A stretch of 48,045 nucleotides of DNA. It comes from Treponema sp. Its GTDB lineage: Bacteria > Spirochaetota > Spirochaetia > Treponematales > Breznakiellaceae. The notes below the pieces were generated by a model, which was not told where the DNA came from, did not search any database, and worked only from the letters and a program-made list of their open reading frames with translations. Made by a program: the position numbers and the translations under genes. Every line of letters begins with the position of its first letter. Within the stretch, counting starts at the first letter, position 1. The DNA lies in contig WQSP01000001.1 in NCBI GenBank assembly GCA_009787795.1, positions 1 through 48,045 on the forward strand, written 5' to 3'. Positions 1 through 10,356 of this stretch are shown piece by piece.

Positions 1-531
1 ACCGCGCTTGTCGAAGCCGTTTTATACATGGAAGGAGACCCGGTCGATGAAGGAACAATTGCGCGAAAAAGCGGCATCCCGAAAGAAACGGTAACTGCCG
101 CCCTTGACAATTTAAGCGAAAAATATGCATCGATTGACTGCGGTTTTGAAATTTCCCGCATCGGCGGCGGAGTTACGATTTCTGTCAAGCGCGAATTGTG
201 GGATAATTTAAAAGAACATTACGGCAAAAAAAACGAGGCAAAGATTTCTCGCGCCGCAATGGAGACGCTTGCAATCGTTGCGTATTCGCAGCCTATTACG
301 CGCGCGGAAATCGAAAAAATACGCGGAGTGTCGGCTGACAACATGATACGCCTCCTTATAGAAAAAGGTTTTGTAAAAGAAGCGGGTAAAAAAGACATTC
401 CCGGGCGTCCTGTTTTATACGGCACAACAAAAGAATTTTTAAAGCAGTTCCATTTAAGTTCGATTTCGGAGCTTCCAAAACTTGGGGAAATAGACGCGGA
501 AAAATTCGAGCTTGAGGGAGACAAATATTAG
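1..531 (+). CDS. scpB: SMC-Scp complex subunit ScpB (5'-truncated by window edge)
   Basis: Frame is open from base 1 (TALVEAVLYMEG...). ScpB motifs ISRAAMETLAIVAYSQPITRAEIEKIRGV and GRPVLYGTTKEFL are present. Confidence 0.95.
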   Translation, partial: TALVEAVLYMEGDPVDEGTIARKSGIPKETVTAALDNLSEKYASIDCGFEISRIGGGVTISVKRELWDNLKEHYGKKNEAKISRAAMETLAIVAYSQPITRAEIEKIRGVSADNMIRLLIEKGFVKEAGKKDIPGRPVLYGTTKEFLKQFHLSSISELPKLGEIDAEKFELEGDKY

Positions 532-1219
532 GTTACAGGTTTATCTTTCCCATGCGGGGATTGCGTCCAGACGTGCGGCGGAAGACATAATCGCCTGCGG
601 CAGAGTTTCCGTAAACGGCGTAACAGTAACGGCTCAAGGCAGCAAAGTTGAAGATAACGACATTGTTCTTCTTGACGGCAAACCTGTAAACCCGGAAAAC
701 AAAAAGCTGTACATTGCATTGAACAAGCCGCCTGGCTTTATTTGCAGTTCAAGTGATCCGCAAGGCAGACCTTTGGCATTAAGTCTTCTTCCGCCTGTAA
801 CGGAACGTCTTTATAATGTCGGGCGACTTGATTTTCAATCATGCGGTCTTATTTTTTTTACAAACGACGGAAAATTTGCAAACCAGTTAAGCCACCCGAG
901 AAACGAGCTTGAAAAGGAATATATAGTGGAGGCGACAGGCGTTATTCAGGATGAAGTGGCGGACGCATTTTTATCGGGTATAGAAATCGAAGGCGTTTTT
1001 TACAAGGCAAAGCTTGCCGAAAAAACAGGCAGAAAGAGTCTTCGCATCATTTTAATCGAAGGCAAAAACAGGGAAATCCGCAGGGTCTTTTCGCATTTCC
1101 ATTTGCATCCCAACCTGCTTCGAAGAGTCCGCATAGGCTCCGTTCATTTGGGAGACCTCCCCCAGGGAAATTCAAGACCATTAACAAACAAGGAGATAGA
1201 AACATTATCCACGGATTAA
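512..1219 (+). CDS. rluB: rRNA pseudouridine synthase, RsuA/RluB family (S4 + catalytic domain)
   Basis: S4 motif RLQVYLSHAGIASRRAAE, LNKPPG, catalytic VGRLD and EGKNREIRR. It follows scpB, as is usual. The TTG start overlaps the scpB end. Confidence 0.88.
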   Translation: MRETNIRLQVYLSHAGIASRRAAEDIIACGRVSVNGVTVTAQGSKVEDNDIVLLDGKPVNPENKKLYIALNKPPGFICSSSDPQGRPLALSLLPPVTERLYNVGRLDFQSCGLIFFTNDGKFANQLSHPRNELEKEYIVEATGVIQDEVADAFLSGIEIEGVFYKAKLAEKTGRKSLRIILIEGKNREIRRVFSHFHLHPNLLRRVRIGSVHLGDLPQGNSRPLTNKEIETLSTD

Positions 1220-1267
1220 CACGGATTAGCACGAATTTTTTAGTGAAAATCTGTGTTAATTCGTGGA
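1208..1267. repeat. Palindromic element of 10-bp tandem units (copy A)
   Basis: Left arm tc-cacggattaa-cacggattag-cacgaatt. Reverse complement of the right arm is tc-cacgaattaa-cacagatttt-cactaaaa. The element supplies the rluB stop codon. Confidence 0.85.
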
Positions 1268-1297
1268 CAAATATAAAATGCTTTAAGGAGATATTTT

Positions 1298-1927
1298 ATG
1301 GTAATTGCGATTGACGGGCCTGCGGGGTCGGGGAAAAGCACCATCGCCAAAATGCTTGCGGAGAAACAGGGATTTACCTACATTAATTCGGGCAGGCTTT
1401 ACAGGGCAATAACGCTTGGCTGCCTCAAGGCAAAAATAGATGTAAAAAACAGCGAAAAAGTTGTAGAATTTGCCAAAAACGTCGATATCCGATATGAAAA
1501 TAACGCACTTTTTCTTAACGGAGAAGAAGTTTCCGCCCTCCTTCATACAGACGAAATCGATCGTTACTCTTCGCCGCTTTCCGCAATTGTTCCTGTAAGG
1601 CATATTGTAAACGCTCTTGTTCATTCGCTTGCAAAAGGACGCAATATCGTCGTGGAGGGCAGGGACATGACGACTGTTGTGTTTCCCGATGCCGAGCACA
1701 GGTTCTATCTTGACGCTTCTGCCGATTCAAGGGCAAAAAGGCGTTTCGATCAGGGAACGTCGAATTTGTCTTTGGAAGAGATAAAAACCGCCATTTTACA
1801 GAGGGATGAAATCGACAGGAACAAGGTCGAAGGCAGTTTAAAAATCGCTCCCGGAGTGCAATATTTGGACACAAGTGACTTGACCATTGTTCAAGTTTAT
1901 GACAAATTAAAAGAGTATACAGACTAA
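1298..1927 (+). CDS. cmk: Cytidylate kinase
   Basis: IAIDGPAGSGKST P-loop and VVEGRDMTTVVFPDA; RBS aaggag upstream. Confidence 0.96.
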   Translation: MVIAIDGPAGSGKSTIAKMLAEKQGFTYINSGRLYRAITLGCLKAKIDVKNSEKVVEFAKNVDIRYENNALFLNGEEVSALLHTDEIDRYSSPLSAIVPVRHIVNALVHSLAKGRNIVVEGRDMTTVVFPDAEHRFYLDASADSRAKRRFDQGTSNLSLEEIKTAILQRDEIDRNKVEGSLKIAPGVQYLDTSDLTIVQVYDKLKEYTD

Positions 1928-1943
1928 CTTATAAGGAATGAAG

Positions 1944-3683
1944 ATGGCAGAGAGGGAAGTGCGCAGGGACGAAAGTCCTACGGACACGGGTCCGGCAAAA
2001 GACGGAGATAACATTCAAACTCAGTTACAGGAAGAATACCTGAAGTCGCTTGAGCAGCTTGAAGAAGGTCAGCTCATCGAAGGCAAGGTAATCCAGGTTA
2101 CCCAGGATCAGGTATTTATCGATGTGGGATACAAATCGGAAGGTAAGATTCCGATTCAGGAATTTTCGGAAATTCCAAAAATCGGAGACTCTGTTTCAGT
2201 TATCCTGATTGCCAAGGAAAACAAATACGGAGAAGTGATTGTTTCCAAACAAAAAGCCGACGCAAAACTTTTTTGGAAAAATCTGCGTCAGGCATTTGCA
2301 GATAAAAAAGCCGTTGACGGAAAAGTCGAAAAACAGGTTAAGGGCGGTTTCGATGTAAACCTGGGCGCAGGCGTTCATGCATTCCTTCCCGTAAGTCAGG
2401 CTGATGTCACCAAACTTGAAAGACCCGAAAAAATAATCGGTCTTAAAATTCAGGTTTATGTCGAGCGTCTTTATTCCGACGGAAAAATAAATATCGTTGT
2501 CAACAGAAGAAAATTCATGGAAGAAAATCTTGACACCAAACGAAAGGATTTCTTCGAGAACACTCCGATTGGAACAGACGTTACGGGAACTGTAAAAAGT
2601 TTTACGTCTTTCGGCGCATTTATAGACCTTGGCGGTTTTGACGGACTTTTGCACATTAACGACATGAGCTGGGGACACGTTACGCGACCAAAGGACTTTG
2701 TAAAAAAAGGTCAGGAAATAAAATTAAAGGTTATCAGAATCGATCGTCAGGAAAAAAGAATCAATCTTTCCCTAAAGCACTATTCCGATGATCCTTGGGT
2801 TCACTTCGAAGAAAAATATCATGTAAACGATATCGTAAAGGGAAAGGTAACAAAGCTTACGGATTTTGGCGCGTTTATCGAACTTGAAGAAGGCATCGAA
2901 GGACTTGCGCACATTTCGGAATTTTCATGGTTAAAGAAAGTTCAAAAACCGCAGGACATGCTAAAACCGGGCGACTTGGTCGAATGCATGATCCTGGGTT
3001 ACGATCTTCAGGCGGGACGCGTTTCGCTTGGCCTTAAGCAGGTGCAGGAAAATCCGTGGGAAGCTATCGAGAAAAAATACGCGGTCGGTTCAAGAATTAC
3101 GCGCAAAGTTGTCAAGGTTACAAATGCCGGCGCGTTTATCGAACTCGAAGAAGGCATCGACGGATTCCTTCATGCGGACGACATGTCATGGACAAGAAAG
3201 GGCAAGAACTTCGGTCTTGCCGCAGGTCAGGAAATCGAAGTTATGGTTATTTCCATCGATGCGGAAAGCAGAAACATCAAACTTGGAATCAAGCAGCTTT
3301 CCGAAGACCCGTGGAAGGACTTTAACGACAATTACAAGCCGGGATCCCCTGTGGAAGGCGAAATCGCCTCAATCACCGATTTTGGATTGTTCCTGCGCAT
3401 CCCGGGCGGCATCGAAGGGCTTATTCACAAAACAAATCTTGTCGAAAACCGCGACGAAGACCCGGATGAAGCCCTTAAAAAATACAAGGTTGGCGACAAG
3501 CTTAAGGCTGTTGTCTTTGAAGTGCACAGCGACAAGCAGAAGGTTGCGTTCTCGCTTCGCGATTATCAGAAGAAAGTGCAAAGAGAAGAAATTTCCCGTT
3601 ATATGACAGGCGAAGAATCTTCCGATTCCACATATACTCTTGGAGCTATCCTCAAATCAAAGAACTCATCATCCGAAGATTGA
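1944..3683 (+). CDS. rpsA: 30S ribosomal protein S1
   Basis: Tandem S1 domains (FGAFIDLGGFDGLLHI, FGAFIELEEGIEGLAHI etc.). Start placed at ATG 1944 from its spacing to aagga; ATG 1938 is the alternative. Confidence 0.96.
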   Translation: MAEREVRRDESPTDTGPAKDGDNIQTQLQEEYLKSLEQLEEGQLIEGKVIQVTQDQVFIDVGYKSEGKIPIQEFSEIPKIGDSVSVILIAKENKYGEVIVSKQKADAKLFWKNLRQAFADKKAVDGKVEKQVKGGFDVNLGAGVHAFLPVSQADVTKLERPEKIIGLKIQVYVERLYSDGKINIVVNRRKFMEENLDTKRKDFFENTPIGTDVTGTVKSFTSFGAFIDLGGFDGLLHINDMSWGHVTRPKDFVKKGQEIKLKVIRIDRQEKRINLSLKHYSDDPWVHFEEKYHVNDIVKGKVTKLTDFGAFIELEEGIEGLAHISEFSWLKKVQKPQDMLKPGDLVECMILGYDLQAGRVSLGLKQVQENPWEAIEKKYAVGSRITRKVVKVTNAGAFIELEEGIDGFLHADDMSWTRKGKNFGLAAGQEIEVMVISIDAESRNIKLGIKQLSEDPWKDFNDNYKPGSPVEGEIASITDFGLFLRIPGGIEGLIHKTNLVENRDEDPDEALKKYKVGDKLKAVVFEVHSDKQKVAFSLRDYQKKVQREEISRYMTGEESSDSTYTLGAILKSKNSSSED

Positions 3684-3695
3684 TAGGGGACGGCC

Positions 3696-5192
3696 ATGCT
3701 GTCGAAGATCGATGTAATTAAATTTCATACTCTAATCGAGATAAACGCTCTTATAAATTCAAATTATAAGGACATTAACAGTCTTTTGACGCGAATAATG
3801 GAATCCGCAACGCGCCTTTCCGGAGCCGAAGCTTCTTCGCTTTTGTTGATGGACAAAGACAAAAACACTCTCAGTTTTGAAGTCGCGCTTGGTTCCAAAG
3901 GCGCCGAGGTTCAAAAATACACTGTAAAACTGGGGGAGGGTATTGCAGGCTGGGTTGCGCAAAAAAACAAATCGCTTATTGTAAACGACGTTCAAAACGA
4001 CAAGCGCCATTTAAGCGTAATCGGCGAAGAAATAAATTACAAATCCAAAACAATCATGGCAGTTCCCATGAGAATAAAAGACGACTGCATAGGCGTTTTG
4101 GAAGTGATAAACAAAAAAGATGACGAAGGCTTTACTCAGGAAGATATAGAGTGGCTGGAAATTTTTGCAAATCAGGCCGCAATTTCGATTGTAAACGCAA
4201 AAAACATCGAAGAGGCGCAGAGCAAGATTCAGGTTTTGCAAAACAGAATCCAAAACGAATATCATACGATTATCACCAAAAGCCCCGTTATCCTTGAGAG
4301 AATGGAAATAATCGACAGGGTGGCAAAAACCGATTCTTCCGTTCTTCTGCTTGGAGAAAGCGGCGTGGGAAAGGAACTGTTTGCCGAGCAGATACACATA
4401 AAAAGCGCAAGAAGCACCTTTCCATTTATCAGGGTAAACTGCGCGGCAATCCCCGAAGGACTTTTGGAAAGCGAACTGTTCGGTCATGTTAAGGGCGCGT
4501 TTACAAGCGCAATTGCAAACAGAAAAGGACGTTTTGAACTTGCAGATACAGGAACTATCTTTCTTGACGAAATAGGCGATCTTCCGCTTTCGCTTCAGGC
4601 GAAAATTTTGCGCGTAATTCAGGAAAGAAAATTCGAAAAGGTGGGATCGGATACCACCGTTAGCGTAAATGTGCGCATAATTGCGGCAACAAACAGGGAT
4701 TTGGAAGCTCAGGTGGCAAAAGGCGAATTCAGGCAGGACTTGTACTATCGCCTGAATGTGTTTCCAATCGACATTCCGCCCTTAAGGCAGCGCCCGGAAG
4801 ATGTGGCGGAGCTTGCGCATTTTTTCCTTAAAAATTTCATGCGCGAAACAAAAAAGCATTTTGACGGGTTTTCGCAGGATGCGCTCGAAACAATGCTTTC
4901 GCACTCATGGCCCGGCAATGTCCGCGAGCTTCAGAACTGCATAGAAAGGGCATGCGTAATCGGAAGAAACAAATGGATAGGGAAGGAAGACTTGTTTCTT
5001 AAATCGGGCGAAAGCGCGGAGGTTACGGAACGCAATTTGAAGACTGCCATCAATGTTTTTAAGACCAACTTCATTTCAAAAGTGCTGGAGGAAAACAACT
5101 GGAACCAAACAGAGACCGCCAGGGCACTTGTCATACAGCGCACTTATTTGTCAAGATTGATAAAAGAGCTGAATATAACACCCAAGGAGTAA
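3696..5192 (+). CDS. GAF + AAA+ sigma-54-dependent transcriptional activator with Fis-type HTH
   Basis: N-terminal GAF domain, Walker A GESGVGKE, ESELFGHVKGAFTSA, Walker B IFLDEI, WPGNVREL and a C-terminal HTH. Confidence 0.93.
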   Translation: MLSKIDVIKFHTLIEINALINSNYKDINSLLTRIMESATRLSGAEASSLLLMDKDKNTLSFEVALGSKGAEVQKYTVKLGEGIAGWVAQKNKSLIVNDVQNDKRHLSVIGEEINYKSKTIMAVPMRIKDDCIGVLEVINKKDDEGFTQEDIEWLEIFANQAAISIVNAKNIEEAQSKIQVLQNRIQNEYHTIITKSPVILERMEIIDRVAKTDSSVLLLGESGVGKELFAEQIHIKSARSTFPFIRVNCAAIPEGLLESELFGHVKGAFTSAIANRKGRFELADTGTIFLDEIGDLPLSLQAKILRVIQERKFEKVGSDTTVSVNVRIIAATNRDLEAQVAKGEFRQDLYYRLNVFPIDIPPLRQRPEDVAELAHFFLKNFMRETKKHFDGFSQDALETMLSHSWPGNVRELQNCIERACVIGRNKWIGKEDLFLKSGESAEVTERNLKTAINVFKTNFISKVLEENNWNQTETARALVIQRTYLSRLIKELNITPKE

Positions 5193-5194
5193 AA

Positions 5195-5869
5195 ATGCAA
5201 AACGAAAAAGAAAGAACGGGTATTGGGGATAAAATCAACGATTTTGTCCAAAAGAACAGAACGGGAATATTTGTTGCAATCGGTATTCTGGCAGTCGCCT
5301 TTCTGGGCTTTGTTGCATATTATGCAATAAGCGAATCCGTAAACAGAAGGGATATTGCAGCAGTCGAGGATTTGAACAAAAAGTTCATCGACCTTAACGA
5401 ACTGATTGAAGCGGGCGAAACATCCGACGAGATTGAAGAATTGCTCGCAGAACTCAAGGATTTCGGCAGCAAAACCAAAGGGTTTTCGGGCGGAAAAGCA
5501 TTGTCTTTGGCGGCACAAATTTACACATACAGAAAGGAATGGCAGCCTGCAAAAGAGCTGTGGCAGGAAGCGGCAAGGGTAGGGTCCAAAACCTATATTG
5601 GTCCAATTGCATTGTTTCAGGCTGCCGCAGTCAGCGAAGAAATGGAAGAATACGAAGAGGCAATCGAACTTTACAAACAGTGCATTGCCCATAAATTCGA
5701 GTTTCCTGCGGCTCCGCGCGCCCAATTGTCAATCGGAAGGTTGTATGAAAAATTGGAAGACTATCCTTCGGCGACAGAAAGCTACAGGGCTGTTTTGTCA
5801 AACTGGCCTCAGATGGATAACTGGCAGAATATTGCCCGGAGCCGAATCATTGCAATTGAGGTAAGATGA
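5195..5869 (+). CDS. Membrane-anchored TPR protein (YfgM-like architecture)
   Basis: One N-terminal TM helix followed by TPR-like helical repeats (APRAQLSIGRLYEKLEDYPSA); RBS aaggag. Confidence 0.8.
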   Translation: MQNEKERTGIGDKINDFVQKNRTGIFVAIGILAVAFLGFVAYYAISESVNRRDIAAVEDLNKKFIDLNELIEAGETSDEIEELLAELKDFGSKTKGFSGGKALSLAAQIYTYRKEWQPAKELWQEAARVGSKTYIGPIALFQAAAVSEEMEEYEEAIELYKQCIAHKFEFPAAPRAQLSIGRLYEKLEDYPSATESYRAVLSNWPQMDNWQNIARSRIIAIEVR

Positions 5870-6618
5870 AGGTTTTCCTAAAATGCATTTTTGCAATTAT
5901 CCTGTGTTTTGGTCTTGCCGCCTGCGGACTTTTGGAATTTTATTACCTTCCGCAGGTTCAGGATATCGATATCCTGTCTTCATCACTTTCGGGAGTTGAG
6001 CTAAGGCTTCCGTCAATGTCCTCAATCTCGTTTGCAGACGGGTATATCATCGTTTATAAAATTTATATAAGCGATTTTACAGGCAATTCCATTACGCCTT
6101 CCCAATATCATCTTGTCAACAGCACCTTGCAAAGCGACTATCAGAATTTTTTAAGTCTTTGCAATCCTACGACAACTTTGACGCTTTCGGATTTGAACAC
6201 ATTTTCAAGCCGCGGTTTCTATCTTTTGGAATACGACAAACCAACGGGAGTGACGCATTACCTTAATGACAATGCCAATACATTTATAAGTTTTCACCCG
6301 ACAGATTATTTCAATCCTGTAATAATCGTCAACAACGATCCGCCCGTAAGCCTTTTAAGGTATAGCGGTATGGAATCGTATCTTCCTGCAAACAGTCTTT
6401 TTTTTCTTAATACGTCCGAGCTTAACGCTTCTTATTCAAATGAACCCGTAAGGATCAATGAAGACGTATTCATACCGTCGTCCGGTGAAAATTTGCAGCC
6501 CCGCAACGCTTTTGTTTTGATGTATGTAATTGCGATAGGCTATAATTACGAAACATTTGCGTCAATCTACAGCAAGCCGACCCATGTCGGGCTTTTCATG
6601 CTTCCTGCAAGAAATTAG
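5866..6618 (+). CDS. Hypothetical lipoprotein
   Basis: Signal peptide with LAAC lipobox; ATGA overlap with the upstream gene; no domain recognised. Confidence 0.75.
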   Translation: MKVFLKCIFAIILCFGLAACGLLEFYYLPQVQDIDILSSSLSGVELRLPSMSSISFADGYIIVYKIYISDFTGNSITPSQYHLVNSTLQSDYQNFLSLCNPTTTLTLSDLNTFSSRGFYLLEYDKPTGVTHYLNDNANTFISFHPTDYFNPVIIVNNDPPVSLLRYSGMESYLPANSLFFLNTSELNASYSNEPVRINEDVFIPSSGENLQPRNAFVLMYVIAIGYNYETFASIYSKPTHVGLFMLPARN

Positions 6619-6694
6619 CGCAAAACATCCGTTTCCCCGTATCCGGAGTTCTGTACCAACTACTATTCATAATGCGTATTCTGTCTACCAAAGT

Positions 6695-9049
6695 TCATCT
6701 GCCGTACAAATGATTGTATACGTCAAAATATGAAGCCCATTCGCCGTTTTCGTTCATTATGTTACGCGCAAGAGTTTCTTTTCGCCTTAAATGAAACAAC
6801 GAGTTCAAATCGTTTTCAAGGCGGTTTTGCCTGTACGCTTTTTCCTGTTTGGCGTTTACAAAATCGATTCCTTCCTTGCCTTCATAGGAAAAACCCCATA
6901 ACAGGGACGACAATGAATGTTTTTTCTCTCCGCTTTTTATGTGAAAACATTCGGCTTGTTTTACCGTAATCCCAATGGGCATAACCTTGTTTAACTTTTC
7001 GGCAAAAACCAAAGGGTTTACCTCCATGGAAAAATCGACTGCCGCATACTCGCAAAAGGCCGTGATTCCTGTCGTCAAGGGAGACGCAAATTCCATCTTT
7101 GCAAGCGGATTAAACCCTTGTGTATAATTTATTGCAATATCGGCCCTCCTGAACGCCATCGAAAAAACCTCAATTACGCTTAAATGTCCGTGAAAAACCG
7201 CGCTTCCTTCCTTGGCGAATTCGAATATGACCCGGTATATGTCCGGATCGCATTTATTGGAAATTCTAGCGTTAACCGTATCTTTTTCGCGGTTAACAAA
7301 TATTTCTTTGACAGGGATCATTGATGCATCGCAGACACCGCAATTGCCGCACTTTTTCTTGCACGACGGCGTTCTGTCTTTCTTTGCCGATTCCTCTTTT
7401 ATAAACTCATTTCTTATGCAGGAATCAATCCCTGTCCACGGCATGGCTTTCCCCGAATGGACTAAATCGGCATATTCCCTGTTTTCCTGCAAAATGTCCA
7501 GCCATTTGTTTCTGTCAATATATTCGCTCCACGGGTCAAGCCTTGAGCCGCCCTTCCATGCCTCTTCGCAAAGGATTCCCGATCGTTCGTCTCCCCTGCT
7601 TAACAAGCCCTCGATTCTGGAAATCAAGGAATCTGAAACGCCAACCTTGTGACCAAGCGGCTTTAATTTGGATTTTATGAAAGCAAGTTTTCTTTCTGCA
7701 TCTTCGCTGTTCATTTGCGCCGCCGCCTGAAATGGCGTAAACGGTTTTGGAATGAAAATCCCGACATTTATGTTAAAATGCATTCGCGTCCGTCTGCCGA
7801 TATCGGAAATGAACTTGACTATTTCTTCCTCTTCGTTTTTCTGTTCGCCGCTTTCTGTCCCTTTGGGAAGCCCAATCATGAAATAAAACTTGGCTCCTTT
7901 CCAGCCGCTTTTTCGCGCTTCTTCGATTATTGCAATGACAGAATCGGCGCTTGCTTCCTTGTTGATAAAAAGCTGCCATGCCTCAAGCGGCGTTTCAACC
8001 GCAAATGTAAGGCCGCTTTTTCTTGTGACGGAAATTTTTTCCAAAATGGAAATGGCAAAACTTGAAACTTTAAGCGAAGGCATCTGAAAGGAAACGTGCC
8101 TGTCCTTGAATTGGACGTTCAAATTGTCAATCAGTTTGTCTATATTGTCATAGTCGCCCGACGATAACGAAGAAAGGCTGATTTCCTGCCAGCCGGCTTT
8201 TGCAACCAAATCGTTTGCCTCGTCATGAATTTTTTGCGCATTTTTTTGCCTTGCAGGCCTGTACCAAAAACCGGCATGGCAAAATCTGCATCCGTTGGGG
8301 CAGCCGCGCATTATTTCAAGAGAGCCGTGATGCTGAACTGTCTTCATGCTCGGAACAGGATAAATGCATGCGGGAAAATTGTCATCGCGGAAATTTTTCA
8401 TGATTGCGCGTTTGGCGTTTTTCTTGCCCTTTACCCAAATATTGGGATGCTCGCCGATTGTTTTTAAAAGATCTTCCCTTCCCTTTCCTTCTTTTTTTGA
8501 TTTTGCCAAATCGGATACAAGCTCAAAAAATCCCGCTTCCGCTTCCCCCATCCAGAATGCGTCGATAAACGCAGAATACGGATGCGGATTTGAAACGGCA
8601 GGTCCTCCCGCAATGATTATTGGATATTTGCAATTGTTCCTGTCCGAAACATGCAACGGAATGCCGCAGACATCAAGCATGGTTAAAATGCCGTTAAGGC
8701 CAAGTTCGTATCCAAGCGTAAACATCAACAAGTCCAAACAGGCAAGGCTTATGCCCGTATCAAGTCCGTAAAGCGGCATATTGTTTTCACGCAACAATTT
8801 TTCAAAATCGGGAGCGGGCGCAAATGCGCGATCGCATGAAACGCCCGGGATGCTGTTCATTCTGTTATAAATTATTTTTAATGCCTGATTTCCCATTCCT
8901 ATTTCATAAAGATCGGGGAATGCAATCAATGCGTTGAAATCCCCGTTTCTTTTTGCAAGAATCCCGTATTCTCCGCCTGCGTAACGTCCGGGTTTTTCAA
9001 CATTCAACAAAAGAGGGCCCAAATCCAAAACAGGATCAACGTATGTCAA
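6695..9049 (-). CDS. B12-binding radical SAM protein fused to a C-terminal radical-SAM-linked (DUF2344-type) domain
   Basis: VEKPGRYAGGE, FPDLYEIGM, CxxxCxxC motif CPNGCRFC, and C-terminal AFRRADIAINYTQGFNP. Confidence 0.88.
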   Translation of the reverse strand: MTYVDPVLDLGPLLLNVEKPGRYAGGEYGILAKRNGDFNALIAFPDLYEIGMGNQALKIIYNRMNSIPGVSCDRAFAPAPDFEKLLRENNMPLYGLDTGISLACLDLLMFTLGYELGLNGILTMLDVCGIPLHVSDRNNCKYPIIIAGGPAVSNPHPYSAFIDAFWMGEAEAGFFELVSDLAKSKKEGKGREDLLKTIGEHPNIWVKGKKNAKRAIMKNFRDDNFPACIYPVPSMKTVQHHGSLEIMRGCPNGCRFCHAGFWYRPARQKNAQKIHDEANDLVAKAGWQEISLSSLSSGDYDNIDKLIDNLNVQFKDRHVSFQMPSLKVSSFAISILEKISVTRKSGLTFAVETPLEAWQLFINKEASADSVIAIIEEARKSGWKGAKFYFMIGLPKGTESGEQKNEEEEIVKFISDIGRRTRMHFNINVGIFIPKPFTPFQAAAQMNSEDAERKLAFIKSKLKPLGHKVGVSDSLISRIEGLLSRGDERSGILCEEAWKGGSRLDPWSEYIDRNKWLDILQENREYADLVHSGKAMPWTGIDSCIRNEFIKEESAKKDRTPSCKKKCGNCGVCDASMIPVKEIFVNREKDTVNARISNKCDPDIYRVIFEFAKEGSAVFHGHLSVIEVFSMAFRRADIAINYTQGFNPLAKMEFASPLTTGITAFCEYAAVDFSMEVNPLVFAEKLNKVMPIGITVKQAECFHIKSGEKKHSLSSLLWGFSYEGKEGIDFVNAKQEKAYRQNRLENDLNSLFHLRRKETLARNIMNENGEWASYFDVYNHLYGR

Positions 9050-10356
9050 CGATTATACCTTCTTATAAAAATGCTTAAAACAATGCCTATGCCAATCATG
9101 CATGTCATGACGGACGAACCGCCGTACGACAAGAAAACAAGCGGAAGGCCGGTAATCGGCATTATGCCCATTGTCATGCCAACGTTAATGATAAAATGGA
9201 AACTGAACATTCCCGCAAGCCCCGCGCAGAAATATTTTGCAAACGGATCTATTGTTATTTTCATTGTTACAAAAAGCCTGTTGCATATCAGCAAAAAGAG
9301 TCCGAATACAAAGAGACCTCCCAAAAATCCCGCTTCTTCCGAAAAAATCGAAAAAATAAAGTCCGTGCTTTGCTCGGGCAGGAAACGGTAATGACTCTGC
9401 GTTCCCTGAAGAAATCCCATGCCGGTAAAACCTCCCGCTCCTATCGCCGTTACGGATTGAATGATATTCCATCCCGCTCCGCGCGGATCAACGGAAGGAT
9501 CAAGAAATACAATCAGGCGCATTATCTGATAGGGACGCAAAATCTCACGCGCCAAATAGGATGCGCCAATGGAGAATATCACTATTGTGGAAATGAAAAC
9601 AATCCAGTAAAAATATCTTTTTTTGAACTTGATGTATCCAAAAACCGCGATTGCCGAAATAACAATGAAAAAAAGAACCGTAATTGCAACGATGCGCAAA
9701 TTTGTAAGAACAACAAGAAAAGGAAGGGGTTTTCTGAAAATGTATTCCTGCCAAAGCGGAAGAACCAAAAAAATGCCGGTAAGCGCCATACATGATACCA
9801 TAAATAGCACATAACGCATTTTAATGCCCGCCAATAAAAGCATTGTTATAAGAATTGCAATATATACAAGCGCAGTTCCAAGATCCGGCTGAAGCAAAAC
9901 AATCAGCATGGGCAGGAATCCTATTGCGCAGCTTATAATAAACCGCGAAAACGCTTCCTTGTTGCGATCGGTATCCGCAAGATATCTTGCAAGCATGATA
10001 ATGACGGAAATCTTTACAAACTCCGACATCTGAAGACCAAACGAACCTATCCTAATCCATCTGGCTGCGTTATAGATAACATGCCCGAAAAACAATGTGT
10101 ATAAAAGCAAAACCAGGGAAATGACATATATGTAAATTGCAAAATTGTAGAATCTTCTGTAATTTATCAGGGAAAGTACAATTGTAATCAGCAAACCTGC
10201 CGATGCCCAGACAATTTGCCTTATGTATTCCCTGGAAACAAGAATTCCGTCCGAGTTTACGCCCGAGGAATATATAAAGAGAACTCCCATAACAAGAAGA
10301 ATCAGGACAGGAAGCAGAAGAAGATAATCAATTCCCAAAATGCTTTTAATGTTCAT
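9046..10356 (-). CDS. rodA: Rod shape-determining protein RodA (SEDS family)
   Basis: Multi-TM protein with QPDLGTA, FLPEQSTDFIFS and GLPLVFLSYGGSS; follows PBP2. Confidence 0.95.
   Translation of the reverse strand: MNIKSILGIDYLLLLPVLILLVMGVLFIYSSGVNSDGILVSREYIRQIVWASAGLLITIVLSLINYRRFYNFAIYIYVISLVLLLYTLFFGHVIYNAARWIRIGSFGLQMSEFVKISVIIMLARYLADTDRNKEAFSRFIISCAIGFLPMLIVLLQPDLGTALVYIAILITMLLLAGIKMRYVLFMVSCMALTGIFLVLPLWQEYIFRKPLPFLVVLTNLRIVAITVLFFIVISAIAVFGYIKFKKRYFYWIVFISTIVIFSIGASYLAREILRPYQIMRLIVFLDPSVDPRGAGWNIIQSVTAIGAGGFTGMGFLQGTQSHYRFLPEQSTDFIFSIFSEEAGFLGGLFVFGLFLLICNRLFVTMKITIDPFAKYFCAGLAGMFSFHFIINVGMTMGIMPITGLPLVFLSYGGSSVMTCMIGIGIVLSIFIRRYNR

Noticed and set aside
1298-3683. Possible split of a cmk-rpsA fusion (fused in some treponemes)
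   Set aside because: cmk has a clean stop and rpsA has its own RBS and start; separate genes are the usual bacterial state.
6619-6694. Convergent gap with a short imperfect direct repeat (ttctgtaccaa / ttctgtctaccaa) and a 24-codon minus-strand ORF
   Set aside because: No convincing promoter, RBS, terminator or sigma54 motif; compatible with chance.
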